A stretch of 35,021 bases of DNA, from the IMG/VR virus record IMGVR_UViG_3300035397_000030, positions 1-35,021 of that record; one strand, given 5' to 3'. Positions within the stretch are counted from its first letter, which is position 1; each line of letters starts with the position of its first letter. The notes below the pieces were generated by a model. It saw only the letters and a program-made list of their open reading frames with translations. It searched no databases and was not told where the DNA came from. The DNA comes from a virus (lineage: Duplodnaviria > Caudoviricetes). A program made the position numbers and the translations under genes. Of the stretch, positions 8,269 through 15,881 are shown piece by piece.

Positions 8269-8568
8269 ATGAATACTAAAGGTTTAGAAAAAATCTACAA
8301 GGCCGCTTGGGATAATAAAGGAAAATTTATTGGCCCAGCAAAATATTTTGTTGAGAAATATGTAGGACCAGTTGAGGGTGGAACGTTAAGTGAAGCTTCT
8401 CGATTAGTCATTGCAGAATGTTCTGCGACAGATATGTATATTGGAGCGCAATTGGTTAAAAACCGTTATTTATTGACAGGCGCTGTTCTTGGAGGAGCAA
8501 TTGGAATCGCTAGTACTATGCTAGTTTTAAAACTAAGAAAGGATAATTCGAAAGAAGAGGAAGCTTAA
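8269..8568 (+). CDS. C-terminally anchored membrane protein, paralog of 17454..17717
   Basis: GKFIGPA...DMYIGAQLVKNRY followed by a TM helix. Confidence 0.75.
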   Translation: MNTKGLEKIYKAAWDNKGKFIGPAKYFVEKYVGPVEGGTLSEASRLVIAECSATDMYIGAQLVKNRYLLTGAVLGGAIGIASTMLVLKLRKDNSKEEEA

Positions 8569-8600
8569 GGGCTTCTTTTTTTTATCGAAAGGTCGTACCT

Positions 8601-8810
8601 ATGACTAATAAGGATCTATTAAAAATAAACCCAGTACTACACAAAGAGGCACTACGAGACATATTTCGTAAATCGATTATTTACAGATGTCCTAAAGATC
8701 GTCCGAAGTGTCGAGAAGAGGTTACCAGAAATTGCAAGACGTTAAATGACGAGTTAGACTATTGCGTAAATTGTCTGCATAACTCGCTTGTGGGTCGAAG
8801 TAAAATTTGA
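8601..8810 (+). CDS. small Cys-rich hypothetical protein
   Basis: 69 aa, five Cys including CVNC; weak RBS. Confidence 0.55.
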   Translation: MTNKDLLKINPVLHKEALRDIFRKSIIYRCPKDRPKCREEVTRNCKTLNDELDYCVNCLHNSLVGRSKI

Positions 8811-8811
8811 T

Positions 8812-8839
8812 CGCGTAGAATACATATCCTATAATAGAA
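8812..8839 (+). promoter_or_regulatory. CGCG-N14-TATAAT motif, copy 9
   Basis: cgcg tagaatacatatcc tataat agaa. Confidence 0.8.
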
Positions 8840-8860
8840 TATATTAAAGGAGGATTTAAA

Positions 8861-9022
8861 ATGTTAAATATTATAAGAAAATTATTCGCCAAAAAAGTTA
8901 TAAATTATTCGTACGAAGGAGTCGTCACAACAGTGAAGGTTCTTGACGACTACGAGAGTAATATGATAGCTTTGATTGGGGAGGACGCTTATAACGACAT
9001 GGTACTGAACGTTATATATTAA
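8861..9022 (+). CDS. 53-aa hypothetical protein (not in ORF track)
   Basis: AAGGAGG RBS; MLNIIRKLFAKKVINYSYEGVVTTVKVLDDYESNMIALIGEDAYNDMVLNVIY. Confidence 0.7.
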   Translation: MLNIIRKLFAKKVINYSYEGVVTTVKVLDDYESNMIALIGEDAYNDMVLNVIY

Positions 9023-9052
9023 AAAGGAAGAGTTTATACTCTTTTCTTTTTC

Positions 9053-9080
9053 CGCGTAGAATACATCTCCTATAATAGAA
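9053..9080 (+). promoter_or_regulatory. CGCG-N14-TATAAT motif, copy 10
   Basis: cgcg tagaatacatctcc tataat agaa; preceded by a GGAAGAGT/ACTCTTTT terminator. Confidence 0.8.
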
Positions 9081-9104
9081 TTTAAATTAAAGGAGGTAAT
9101 GAAA

Positions 9105-9230
9105 ATGTATGATATGATAATCATAGTTATGGTCTTAGGTATAATATATCTGGTATTTAAACAGGTATTTGCCGGGCTTAAAGCTATATTAAACGGGATA
9201 TACAATATCATTATGAAATTAATTAAATAA
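9105..9230 (+). CDS. 41-aa membrane peptide (not in ORF track)
   Basis: AAGGAGG RBS; MYDMIIIVMVLGIIYLVFKQVFAGLKAILNGIYNIIMKLIK. Confidence 0.7.
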   Translation: MYDMIIIVMVLGIIYLVFKQVFAGLKAILNGIYNIIMKLIK

Positions 9231-9294
9231 CAAAAAAAATAAAGATAAAGATAAAGGGTTTTACAAACTCTTTTCTTTTTCGAAGGAGGATATT

Positions 9295-9951
9295 ATGAAA
9301 AAATTAAACGATGGTTTTATTTATGGAATGATCGGGTCTACAATAAGTCTTACGTTTCTTATGGTGTTTACATTTGGATATTATCTTTTTAACCGTCCGG
9401 ATATTTTACCAACGGTAGAGCCAGAAACAGTTGTATCCGTCGAACAAACTGAGGATTTCTATGACAAAGAATTGGAGGAGTTAATTATTATGTTAGATGA
9501 TATCGAAAAACGAACCGCAGCGCTAGAGGATGATATGGAGTTACTGCAAGAGGAAATATCTACGAGTGCATATCGTATATCTTTTACGGACGAAGAATTT
9601 TATGAGCTAGCAATGCTTATTGAACATGAGGCGGGAGCCGAGTCATATGATTGTATGTTATGGACGGCGTGTGTAGTAGTCAATAGGGTTTTGGACGAAC
9701 AATATCCGAACACTTTATATGAGGTTATATACGATAATAAACATGCGGTACAGTTCAGTCCAACTATTGATGGTCTATATAAGAAACCTTCTCAAAATGT
9801 CCTTAACGCGTGCACAGCGGCATTAAAAAAGGACTATACTAGTGGCTCATTAATATTTAACAACTCCACACTGACGAGTAATGACAAACAAGCATGGTTC
9901 GAGAAATTCACTCTTGTTGCCGAGATTGACGATGTGCAATTTAGGAGGTAA
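9295..9951 (+). CDS. membrane-anchored SleB/CwlJ-like cell wall hydrolase (Hydrolase_2)
   Basis: N-terminal TM and coiled coil, then LAMLIEHEAGAE...VVVNRV...YPNTLYEVIY...QFSP, typical of the SleB lytic transglycosylase domain with catalytic Glu. Confidence 0.85.
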   Translation: MKKLNDGFIYGMIGSTISLTFLMVFTFGYYLFNRPDILPTVEPETVVSVEQTEDFYDKELEELIIMLDDIEKRTAALEDDMELLQEEISTSAYRISFTDEEFYELAMLIEHEAGAESYDCMLWTACVVVNRVLDEQYPNTLYEVIYDNKHAVQFSPTIDGLYKKPSQNVLNACTAALKKDYTSGSLIFNNSTLTSNDKQAWFEKFTLVAEIDDVQFRR

Positions 9952-10010
9952 TCATGGAAAAGAAATTATTTATAATCATGGGTCGGCGTAATGGAAAAAC
10001 TGCCATAACT

Positions 10011-10038
10011 CGCGAAATAAACGCAGCTTATAATAGAA
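10011..10038 (+). promoter_or_regulatory. CGCG-N14-TATAAT motif, copy 11
   Basis: cgcg aaataaacgcagct tataat agaa; identical to copy 12. Confidence 0.8.
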
Positions 10039-10064
10039 TCTATTATAAGGAGGATTTTATAAAA

Positions 10065-10211
10065 ATGGAAAAAGAGCAAGTTAAACGCATTGAAGAATTA
10101 TCAATTTCAGACGCAGAGAAAGAAAAAGAAAAATTTGAATTGTGCAAGGATTGTGGATTATTTCCTTGTTATGCAACCGCTCCAAATTGTTATAGGTATG
10201 AAGAAGAATAG
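10065..10211 (+). CDS. 48-aa protein with C-terminal four-Cys motif
   Basis: AAGGAGG RBS supports the ATG at 10065; CKDC...C...C. In frame with an upstream ATG at 9954. Confidence 0.7.
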   Translation: MEKEQVKRIEELSISDAEKEKEKFELCKDCGLFPCYATAPNCYRYEEE

Positions 10212-10240
10212 AACTAGAGCTTAACCGCTCTTTTTCTTTT

Positions 10241-10268
10241 CGCGAAATAAACGCAGCTTATAATAGAA
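10241..10268 (+). promoter_or_regulatory. CGCG-N14-TATAAT motif, copy 12
   Basis: cgcg aaataaacgcagct tataat agaa; preceded by an AGAGC/GCTCT terminator. Confidence 0.8.
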
Positions 10269-10271
10269 ATT

Positions 10272-10344
10272 AAAAGGTGACTTTGTATATTGAATTATAT
10301 ATCAAACTAGGGTAATTGCCCTGGAGGCTACACCTTTTTCTTTT
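10272..10344 (+). ncRNA. candidate promoter-driven small RNA (three-way junction)
   Basis: No RBS-ATG between promoter copies 12 and 13. AAAAGGTG/CACCTTTT encloses two hairpins and is followed by a T run. Confidence 0.55.
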
Positions 10345-10372
10345 CGCGAATTAAACATATCCTATAATAGAA
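10345..10372 (+). promoter_or_regulatory. CGCG-N14-TATAAT motif, copy 13
   Basis: cgcg aattaaacatatcc tataat agaa. Confidence 0.8.
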
Positions 10373-10398
10373 GTTAAAAAATTTTAGGAGGATACAAA

Positions 10399-10560
10399 AT
10401 GGATAATGTTAAAGAATTGGAATATGAAAACAAAAAACTTAAAGAGGAACTTGCAGTTGAACGTGACAAAGCGAACAAGTACGAAACTCTCTGGAAGAGA
10501 GAATGTTTCTGTTTCGCAGAATTAGCAAAAAAACATAACGATTGGCTAGAAGCAAAATAA
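10399..10560 (+). CDS. 53-aa coiled-coil protein (not in ORF track)
   Basis: AGGAGG RBS; MDNVKELEYENKKLKEELAVERDKANKYETLWKRECFCFAELAKKHNDWLEAK. Confidence 0.75.
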   Translation: MDNVKELEYENKKLKEELAVERDKANKYETLWKRECFCFAELAKKHNDWLEAK

Positions 10561-10572
10561 TTCAAAAAGAAT

Positions 10573-10600
10573 AGGGGAAATTATATCCCCTTTTTCTTTC
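10573..10600 (+). terminator. intrinsic terminator
   Basis: AGGGGA-aattata-TCCCCT followed by a T-rich tail. Confidence 0.7.
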
Positions 10601-10610
10601 ACTAAAAATG

Positions 10611-10625
10611 TCTCTTGAAAGGAGA
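10611..10625 (+). promoter_or_regulatory. TCTCTTGAAAGGAGA extended-RBS hairpin motif (first of 8 copies)
   Basis: Also at 11157, 11796 (variant), 13766, 15608, 16497, 19805 and 23390; always just upstream of a start codon. Confidence 0.6.
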
Positions 10626-10633
10626 ACAAAAAC

Positions 10634-11155
10634 ATGAAAAATATAATAATGGTATCAACAGCAGTAGTATCGGTAGCATCAATTGGTTACGCAATTTACA
10701 CAGGTAGAAAAATGGACAAATTGTACACGCTTACGGTTGATAGTTTAGCTGGAAAAGTTGATGTAAAGATTTCAGATGAGCTTATACATGACGCCGTACA
10801 AGTAGCTGTAAACAGAGAAGCTACGAACAGAGTCCGAACAGAAGCTAATTCGGCGACAGCTGCTATCAAAGCTAAAATATATTCGGAGATTAAAACGTCT
10901 GTTGATGCATCTTTTAGCGATATTAAAACTTCTGTAACTTCTGAAGCAGCAAGACAAGTATCTAATATTGATATTTTAGCTCTTAAAAAAGAAGTGCGCG
11001 AGAAAGCTAAAGAAGAAGTTCTTAAGAAATTCAATAACGAGTTAGATACTCTATTGAATGATTTTAACCAAAACCTAACAAATGTCTCCAAAATATACAG
11101 TTCAATTGCAGAAAACATGACAAAAAATAAAGAAACGGTTATTAAATTAGGATAA
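10634..11155 (+). CDS. N-terminally anchored helical/coiled-coil protein
   Basis: 173 aa, N-terminal hydrophobic segment, amphipathic helices. Confidence 0.8.
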   Translation: MKNIIMVSTAVVSVASIGYAIYTGRKMDKLYTLTVDSLAGKVDVKISDELIHDAVQVAVNREATNRVRTEANSATAAIKAKIYSEIKTSVDASFSDIKTSVTSEAARQVSNIDILALKKEVREKAKEEVLKKFNNELDTLLNDFNQNLTNVSKIYSSIAENMTKNKETVIKLG

Positions 11156-11175
11156 GCTCTTGAAAGGAGAATACT

Positions 11176-11484
11176 ATGAAACATAAAGTATATAAAGCCA
11201 CCACAACTATCTCTGGTCAGGAGGCCAGAGTATATACCGAAGTTGATGTAGAGAAAATAATAAAACAAGAATTAGTTAACAGATTGGTCGAGCTAATTAA
11301 AGATGATGTATTTTCTATTATTTATAGAACTGACGATTTATTAAGCGATCGAATAATATTTTCAACTGAACTAATAACTATTTCTAGAAAAGACTTTGAT
11401 GCTCTTCGAGCGGCAGCCGAGTCAAACATTAAGATTTATGATAAAAGGATAGACGACTATGTGCTGCTATCCGATTTGATTTAG
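11176..11484 (+). CDS. hypothetical protein
   Basis: 102 aa, AAGGAGA RBS. Confidence 0.75.
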   Translation: MKHKVYKATTTISGQEARVYTEVDVEKIIKQELVNRLVELIKDDVFSIIYRTDDLLSDRIIFSTELITISRKDFDALRAAAESNIKIYDKRIDDYVLLSDLI

Positions 11485-11496
11485 AGGTGGATAAAG

Positions 11497-11802
11497 ATGA
11501 ATAATCCTTATGATAAAAAAGTTGGAAAAGAAGTTCGTGAAGTACCATTTATAAATGGTTATACGGTAATTTTATCAGAGTATGCTCCACCAGCAATACC
11601 CACAATTACGCGTAAAAAATTAAAACTTAATAAATGGACTGGATTACGCATCGCCTATAATAAAAAATATGGTGGAAAACCTGGGGAGGTGTACGTATTT
11701 GACAGGCGACTCATAATGCATCCGTCAACCTATAGTCTCATATCTAAATCCTTAATACCCCAGTCTACTCCGTTATTTAAGACAGTCTTTAATAACTCTT
11801 GA
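11497..11802 (+). CDS. hypothetical protein
   Basis: 101 aa, GAGGTG RBS. Confidence 0.7.
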   Translation: MNNPYDKKVGKEVREVPFINGYTVILSEYAPPAIPTITRKKLKLNKWTGLRIAYNKKYGGKPGEVYVFDRRLIMHPSTYSLISKSLIPQSTPLFKTVFNNS

Positions 11803-11818
11803 AAGGGGCTAATAACTG

Positions 11819-11956
11819 TTGAAGAAATTAAACTTAATTGAATTGTTCTTATCCGGGCGCATCGTTAAAAATAGAGCGCTCGGAATATCTTATCAAGTAA
11901 TTTATGTGCCACCACAACTGTTGAAAAAATATGCTAATCGAAAAGGAGAAAAATAA
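11819..11956 (+). CDS. 45-aa hypothetical protein, TTG start (not in ORF track)
   Basis: Follows CTCTTGAAAGGGG and fills the gap up to the next gene; (M)KKLNLIELFLSGRIVKNRALGISYQVIYVPPQLLKKYANRKGEK. Confidence 0.45.
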   Translation: MKKLNLIELFLSGRIVKNRALGISYQVIYVPPQLLKKYANRKGEK

Positions 11957-11958
11957 AT

Positions 11959-12408
11959 ATGCCTATTTATAATTATTATGGAAACTTATTAGTTGATGAT
12001 GTTAATATAGCAATTATCAATGTGACTGTTGGTGCGGAATCTATGGACGAATCGGTAACAAAAGTCATGAAATCACTTCGAAGAACCTATAAAATACAAG
12101 AAGATAAATGGTTAACGCTACCTAGGCCGTGTATAGTACCTCCAGAAGTACCTACTAAAAAGTATATATTTGAGATGGCCGAAATAACAAGTTGCCGTTT
12201 CTGTCCATTTACTTCACCAGTGAGTGAATATACTGATGATGTTAATTGTTGGCATCCTGAATCACCATTTGGAAATACAAATATATCGAGTTATTGTTAT
12301 GAAGATAAAAAACCAGGCAAATGTCCTCTAAAAGAGTTTGTACCAGATACTAACAGTTATTTAGAAAGTCGAGGGTTAAATAATGGCGAAGAAAAAAGTA
12401 ATATCTAG
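11959..12408 (+). CDS. hypothetical protein with C-terminal CxxC...C...CPL motif
   Basis: SCRFCPF...C...KCPLKE; AAGGAGA RBS. Confidence 0.75.
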   Translation: MPIYNYYGNLLVDDVNIAIINVTVGAESMDESVTKVMKSLRRTYKIQEDKWLTLPRPCIVPPEVPTKKYIFEMAEITSCRFCPFTSPVSEYTDDVNCWHPESPFGNTNISSYCYEDKKPGKCPLKEFVPDTNSYLESRGLNNGEEKSNI

Positions 12409-12583
12409 AAGAAAAGTGTTTGCGCTATACAATAATAGAGATGAAATACTAGGAACTGGTACTTACGAAGAATTGGGTGAGTCTTTTGGTTTTACAGACG
12501 CCATTCTTAGACACTATGCCTCTAAAAGAAATAGTGGGGCTAAATTTATATTAATAGAGATTGAGAAAGATAAGGAGGAATAA
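12383..12583 (+). CDS. small possible DNA-binding protein
   Basis: FALYN..DEILGTGTYEELGESFG resembles small phage HTH-like proteins. Confidence 0.6.
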   Translation: MAKKKVISRRKVFALYNNRDEILGTGTYEELGESFGFTDAILRHYASKRNSGAKFILIEIEKDKEE

Positions 12584-12586
12584 CAA

Positions 12587-13228
12587 ATGGATAAAATATA
12601 TGTGGTTATGTATGACAATGGTAGTGATTATGAGGATCATATGGTGTTCAATGAATTTGCATGTCTTGACAGAGAGTCTGCGGAATTATTTGTTGACCAT
12701 AAGAACCGCGTAATTGATTCCGAAAATGAACAATATGAGCAACTTAGGACAGAATACGAAACAAACTGCCCTCTTTTCGAAAAGCAAGGTTTTGATACGG
12801 CTGGTTTTCGATTGCCTCGTAGAATTCGTGAAGAGGAATATTTTAAAGGTGAGCGCTACAATATTTATTGCGAGTTGAAGTTTGTCGCTCAATTATATCC
12901 AAATCGCCATTATACATTCGAAGAGCTTGAGACCTTAGTTCCTAGAAAAGAGATATTGGCCGATCCAAAAAAAGTTAACGGTTTAAAAAGTATTATCAAT
13001 ATGTTTTATGGAAGAGGCGCTTTTGTGGAAGCAGCAACTGATACTCCTCCTATCTGTAAAGACAGATATTTTATTAAGTGCTCCCATTGCGTATTCGATG
13101 GTGGGCAACTAAAAGAATATAGTAAGTGTTGTAAATGCTCATCTAATCCGAATATGAGGGATTTTTTTCAAGCAGCGGATCCTGCTTCCGAAGAGTTGTA
13201 CAAAACATTAACCAAGGAGGATAAATAA
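12587..13228 (+). CDS. hypothetical protein with C-terminal Zn-finger-like Cys pairs
   Basis: 213 aa, CSHC...CCKC, AGGAGG RBS. Confidence 0.8.
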   Translation: MDKIYVVMYDNGSDYEDHMVFNEFACLDRESAELFVDHKNRVIDSENEQYEQLRTEYETNCPLFEKQGFDTAGFRLPRRIREEEYFKGERYNIYCELKFVAQLYPNRHYTFEELETLVPRKEILADPKKVNGLKSIINMFYGRGAFVEAATDTPPICKDRYFIKCSHCVFDGGQLKEYSKCCKCSSNPNMRDFFQAADPASEELYKTLTKEDK

Positions 13229-13229
13229 T

Positions 13230-13466
13230 ATGGGAATAATACGTGTTGACTGCTCTACCTGCAGCCATAATAATGTGTGTTCGCTTAAAAAAGACTTTGT
13301 TAAAAAAGCTGACTTATTATTGGCTGGGCAGGAGTTACCCGCTTTTATGCTTATAACAATTAATTGTTTAGAGTACAGTAAAGTTATTGCAACTGGGCAG
13401 TTTAGAAAAGCAGCATTTGATGGCGTAGGAAATATTACGGACGGTCGCTGCACATTTGATGAATAG
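13230..13466 (+). CDS. small Cys-rich protein
   Basis: CSTCSHNNVC...C; AAGGAGG RBS. Confidence 0.75.
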   Translation: MGIIRVDCSTCSHNNVCSLKKDFVKKADLLLAGQELPAFMLITINCLEYSKVIATGQFRKAAFDGVGNITDGRCTFDE

Positions 13467-13478
13467 GAGGAAGTTAAT

Positions 13479-13763
13479 ATGACATTTTCAATAGCAAATA
13501 AAGATCCAATATCTGAGCTAGAGTTAAACTCTTCAATCGAGTCCGAATTAGACTTCTTTACAGAACAAAATAAATTAAAACGTGAGGATTTCTACGACTA
13601 TTACAATAACCATACAATGTGTGAAATTCCAAGACAAGTAATCACAATATATTCAGCGGCCATCTCACTCGTTGAGAATCAACTAGGCATTAAATTGTAT
13701 CAGTATCAAAAAGAAATGATATTTAACATTATCTGTAGTAGAAAAGGCATCGTTAAAAAATAG
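13479..13763 (+). CDS. hypothetical protein
   Basis: 94 aa, AGGAGG RBS. Confidence 0.75.
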   Translation: MTFSIANKDPISELELNSSIESELDFFTEQNKLKREDFYDYYNNHTMCEIPRQVITIYSAAISLVENQLGIKLYQYQKEMIFNIICSRKGIVKK

Positions 13764-13788
13764 TTTCTCTTGAAAGGAGATAAAAAAA

Positions 13789-14256
13789 ATGAACGGTATT
13801 AATGAAATAAATTTATCAAAAGATGGACCAATTGGTTATGCAAAAAAAGTGGTAAACGAGTATGGCCACAATAAAAATGTAGACTCTTTAGATTTGGTAG
13901 TAGCTATTAGGGCTCTACTTGACTATTTTAAAACCTTACCATCACCAGCAGGCGAGTTTAAATTATTAAGCGATAAAGTCATAGAGCTTACAAGATTTAA
14001 AGATCGAATATTAGTGGAAAATGAACAGTTAAGGACTCAATTATTTGACTCGAGTGTGGACCATCTAAATGCTACAAAAGGCCATGAACTACATGTTGAA
14101 AACTTAACCGTGCAAATAGCTATGTTAGAGAAGAAAATATATGATGCGGAAGCATTAGATGTCTATCAGTGCTCACTAATTGATTCTAAATTTAACGAAA
14201 TGTTAGAAAAAAACCGCAAGAAAGAAAAACTTTTTTTTATTCGCTATACAAACTAA
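13789..14256 (+). CDS. coiled-coil protein (possibly continues by frameshift to 14503)
   Basis: 155 aa, AAGGAGA RBS; T8 run at 14231-14238 near the end. Confidence 0.7.
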   Translation: MNGINEINLSKDGPIGYAKKVVNEYGHNKNVDSLDLVVAIRALLDYFKTLPSPAGEFKLLSDKVIELTRFKDRILVENEQLRTQLFDSSVDHLNATKGHELHVENLTVQIAMLEKKIYDAEALDVYQCSLIDSKFNEMLEKNRKKEKLFFIRYTN

Positions 14257-14296
14257 AGACTTAGGTTATGTTGTTAAATATCAGGATTATCTCGAT

Positions 14297-14503
14297 TTGG
14301 TCTCTGAGAATATTGAAAAAAATGAGCGCATTAAAGAGCTTGAGGATATTTGTGAATGTAAAGATCTTATTATCGAGAAACAAAAAGAGTATGAACCAAT
14401 TACTATAAATATAGATAGATCCGGTCTTACTATATCTGGACCATCCGCCGAGGAAATAATTAAAGCTTTTAGTGCTGACATTAAGAAGGGTATGGTGCAA
14501 TAA
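14297..14503 (+). CDS. ORF lacking an RBS; probable +1-frame continuation of the 13789 gene
   Basis: Frame is open from 14207; TTG start has no SD; coiled-coil-like sequence. Confidence 0.5.
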   Translation: MVSENIEKNERIKELEDICECKDLIIEKQKEYEPITINIDRSGLTISGPSAEEIIKAFSADIKKGMVQ

Positions 14504-14504
14504 T

Positions 14505-14738
14505 ATGGCTAACTATATGATATTAAAAGAGAGGCCTGTTTCCGAGATAACCGCCTCAGACGTTAAGGCTGGGCGAATATATTTCCAACAAAATAGAAGC
14601 TCAGAACTTATTTTATGTAATATGGAAGTTCCAAAATTTACACTACAATTACTTACAACCGGAGTATTCTATATAATGACATTTAACTCTGATGAGAATG
14701 ATGAAGCGAATAGAATCCGAAGAAGTAGCGAAGTATAG
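14505..14738 (+). CDS. hypothetical protein
   Basis: ATG at 14505 directly after the upstream stop (MANYMILKE...). Confidence 0.65.
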   Translation: MANYMILKERPVSEITASDVKAGRIYFQQNRSSELILCNMEVPKFTLQLLTTGVFYIMTFNSDENDEANRIRRSSEV

Positions 14739-14788
14739 AAAGGCAACTAATATACCACCATATATTATGAACAAAAAGGAGAAAACTA

Positions 14789-15319
14789 ATGAAAAACGAA
14801 ATTGATATTAACCAATTAAAAGCAAGGCTAGAAAGAGTCGACAATCGTATTAAGGCGCTTGACCGCGAGAAAGCAGAATTAGCGGACGAACACAACGCAA
14901 TAAACACGCTTGTAAAATTATATGGGCACCGTACGTATGACCCCGTATACCCAGAGGTAAGCACTTTTATAATGACTCCTGACTCCGTAACCATAACTAC
15001 TGGTATTACGGCTAAATCCTCAGAAGAGGTTCCTAAACGTGAGAATCGTAAAGCTAAATCTCCATCTGCATGGAGAAAAGAAATACTAGAATCTATCATC
15101 GCCTTTGGTGCGAACGGCGCTAGTATAAAAGAACTTGAGTCTTTCTTAGAGGCTACTTATAGCACGCTTAGTAAGCATATGACTTGGTTAAAAGGTTATG
15201 GATTTGTAGATATCCAATATAACAAGAAGTACAAAATCACAAGTAAGGGTCGCACTTATTTAAACTGTAATTGTGACTACAACGCGTATATGGTTAAGTC
15301 GGGAGCAACTAATTTATAA
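14789..15319 (+). CDS. coiled-coil plus C-terminal winged-HTH DNA-binding protein
   Basis: ASIKELESFLEATYSTLSKHMTWLKGYGFV...YKITSKGRTYL is a typical MarR/ArsR-like wHTH pattern. Confidence 0.75.
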   Translation: MKNEIDINQLKARLERVDNRIKALDREKAELADEHNAINTLVKLYGHRTYDPVYPEVSTFIMTPDSVTITTGITAKSSEEVPKRENRKAKSPSAWRKEILESIIAFGANGASIKELESFLEATYSTLSKHMTWLKGYGFVDIQYNKKYKITSKGRTYLNCNCDYNAYMVKSGATNL

Positions 15320-15322
15320 GTT

Positions 15323-15350
15323 CGCGATCAAAACATATCCTATAATAGAA
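15323..15350 (+). promoter_or_regulatory. CGCG-N14-TATAAT motif, copy 14
   Basis: cgcg atcaaaacatatcc tataat agaa. Confidence 0.8.
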
Positions 15351-15373
15351 ATTAAATTATAGGAGGATAAGAA

Positions 15374-15571
15374 ATGATGACTAATGGAGAACATGATCGA
15401 TATGAGGTTCGTAAGTATGAAAATATCAATAGTATAACTATTTCATTAAAAATAGCTAATAGATTAGCGTTTATAAAGGAATGTTATGCTACGGGAATTA
15501 TTAACGAGGCGAATTACAGAGAACAAATGAAAAAATTAGAAACACTTGTCGGCTATGAATTAGATCTTTAA
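15374..15571 (+). CDS. hypothetical protein
   Basis: 65 aa, AGGAGG RBS, followed by an AGGGTT/AACCCT terminator. Confidence 0.75.
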   Translation: MMTNGEHDRYEVRKYENINSITISLKIANRLAFIKECYATGIINEANYREQMKKLETLVGYELDL

Positions 15572-15629
15572 AAAAAGAATTAGGGTTATTAAAACCCTTT
15601 TTCTTTTTCTCTTGAAAGGAGATACCACA

Positions 15630-15866
15630 ATGGATGATACAAAATATGCAAACCTTGGAACCAGAGGACATCTTACTGATGATGAAATTCTTAAGCAAGC
15701 ATCAAATGCTGGATACACTTTATTAGACGATAAGGACGGCTTCATGTGGTTCGCAAAGCGAATGAGTAAAACCATAACCAATAGACGAACGAATTTTGTA
15801 ATTATAAATAAGAAGAATAAAATTATAGGATACAGCGGACCTGGAGTTCCTCCTAGAATTTATTAA
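15630..15866 (+). CDS. hypothetical protein
   Basis: RBS motif at 15608-15622 supports the ATG at 15630. Confidence 0.7.
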   Translation: MDDTKYANLGTRGHLTDDEILKQASNAGYTLLDDKDGFMWFAKRMSKTITNRRTNFVIINKKNKIIGYSGPGVPPRIY

Positions 15867-15881
15867 AGAAAGGATGTTTAT

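Noticed and set aside
10272-10344. tRNA or hammerhead ribozyme identity for the small structured RNAs
   Set aside because: No TTC T-loop, four-arm cloverleaf or CCA end, and no CTGANGA/GAAA hammerhead core.
5887-10372. Regularly spaced repeats read as a CRISPR array
   Set aside because: The repeats are degenerate promoter-like motifs separated by roughly 100-950 nt, mostly containing RBS-led ORFs. Spacer length is not constant and there is no cas operon.
11609-11661. CGCG at 11609 and CCTATAAT near 11654 as another promoter copy
   Set aside because: The spacing is not 14 nt and the site lies inside a coding region.
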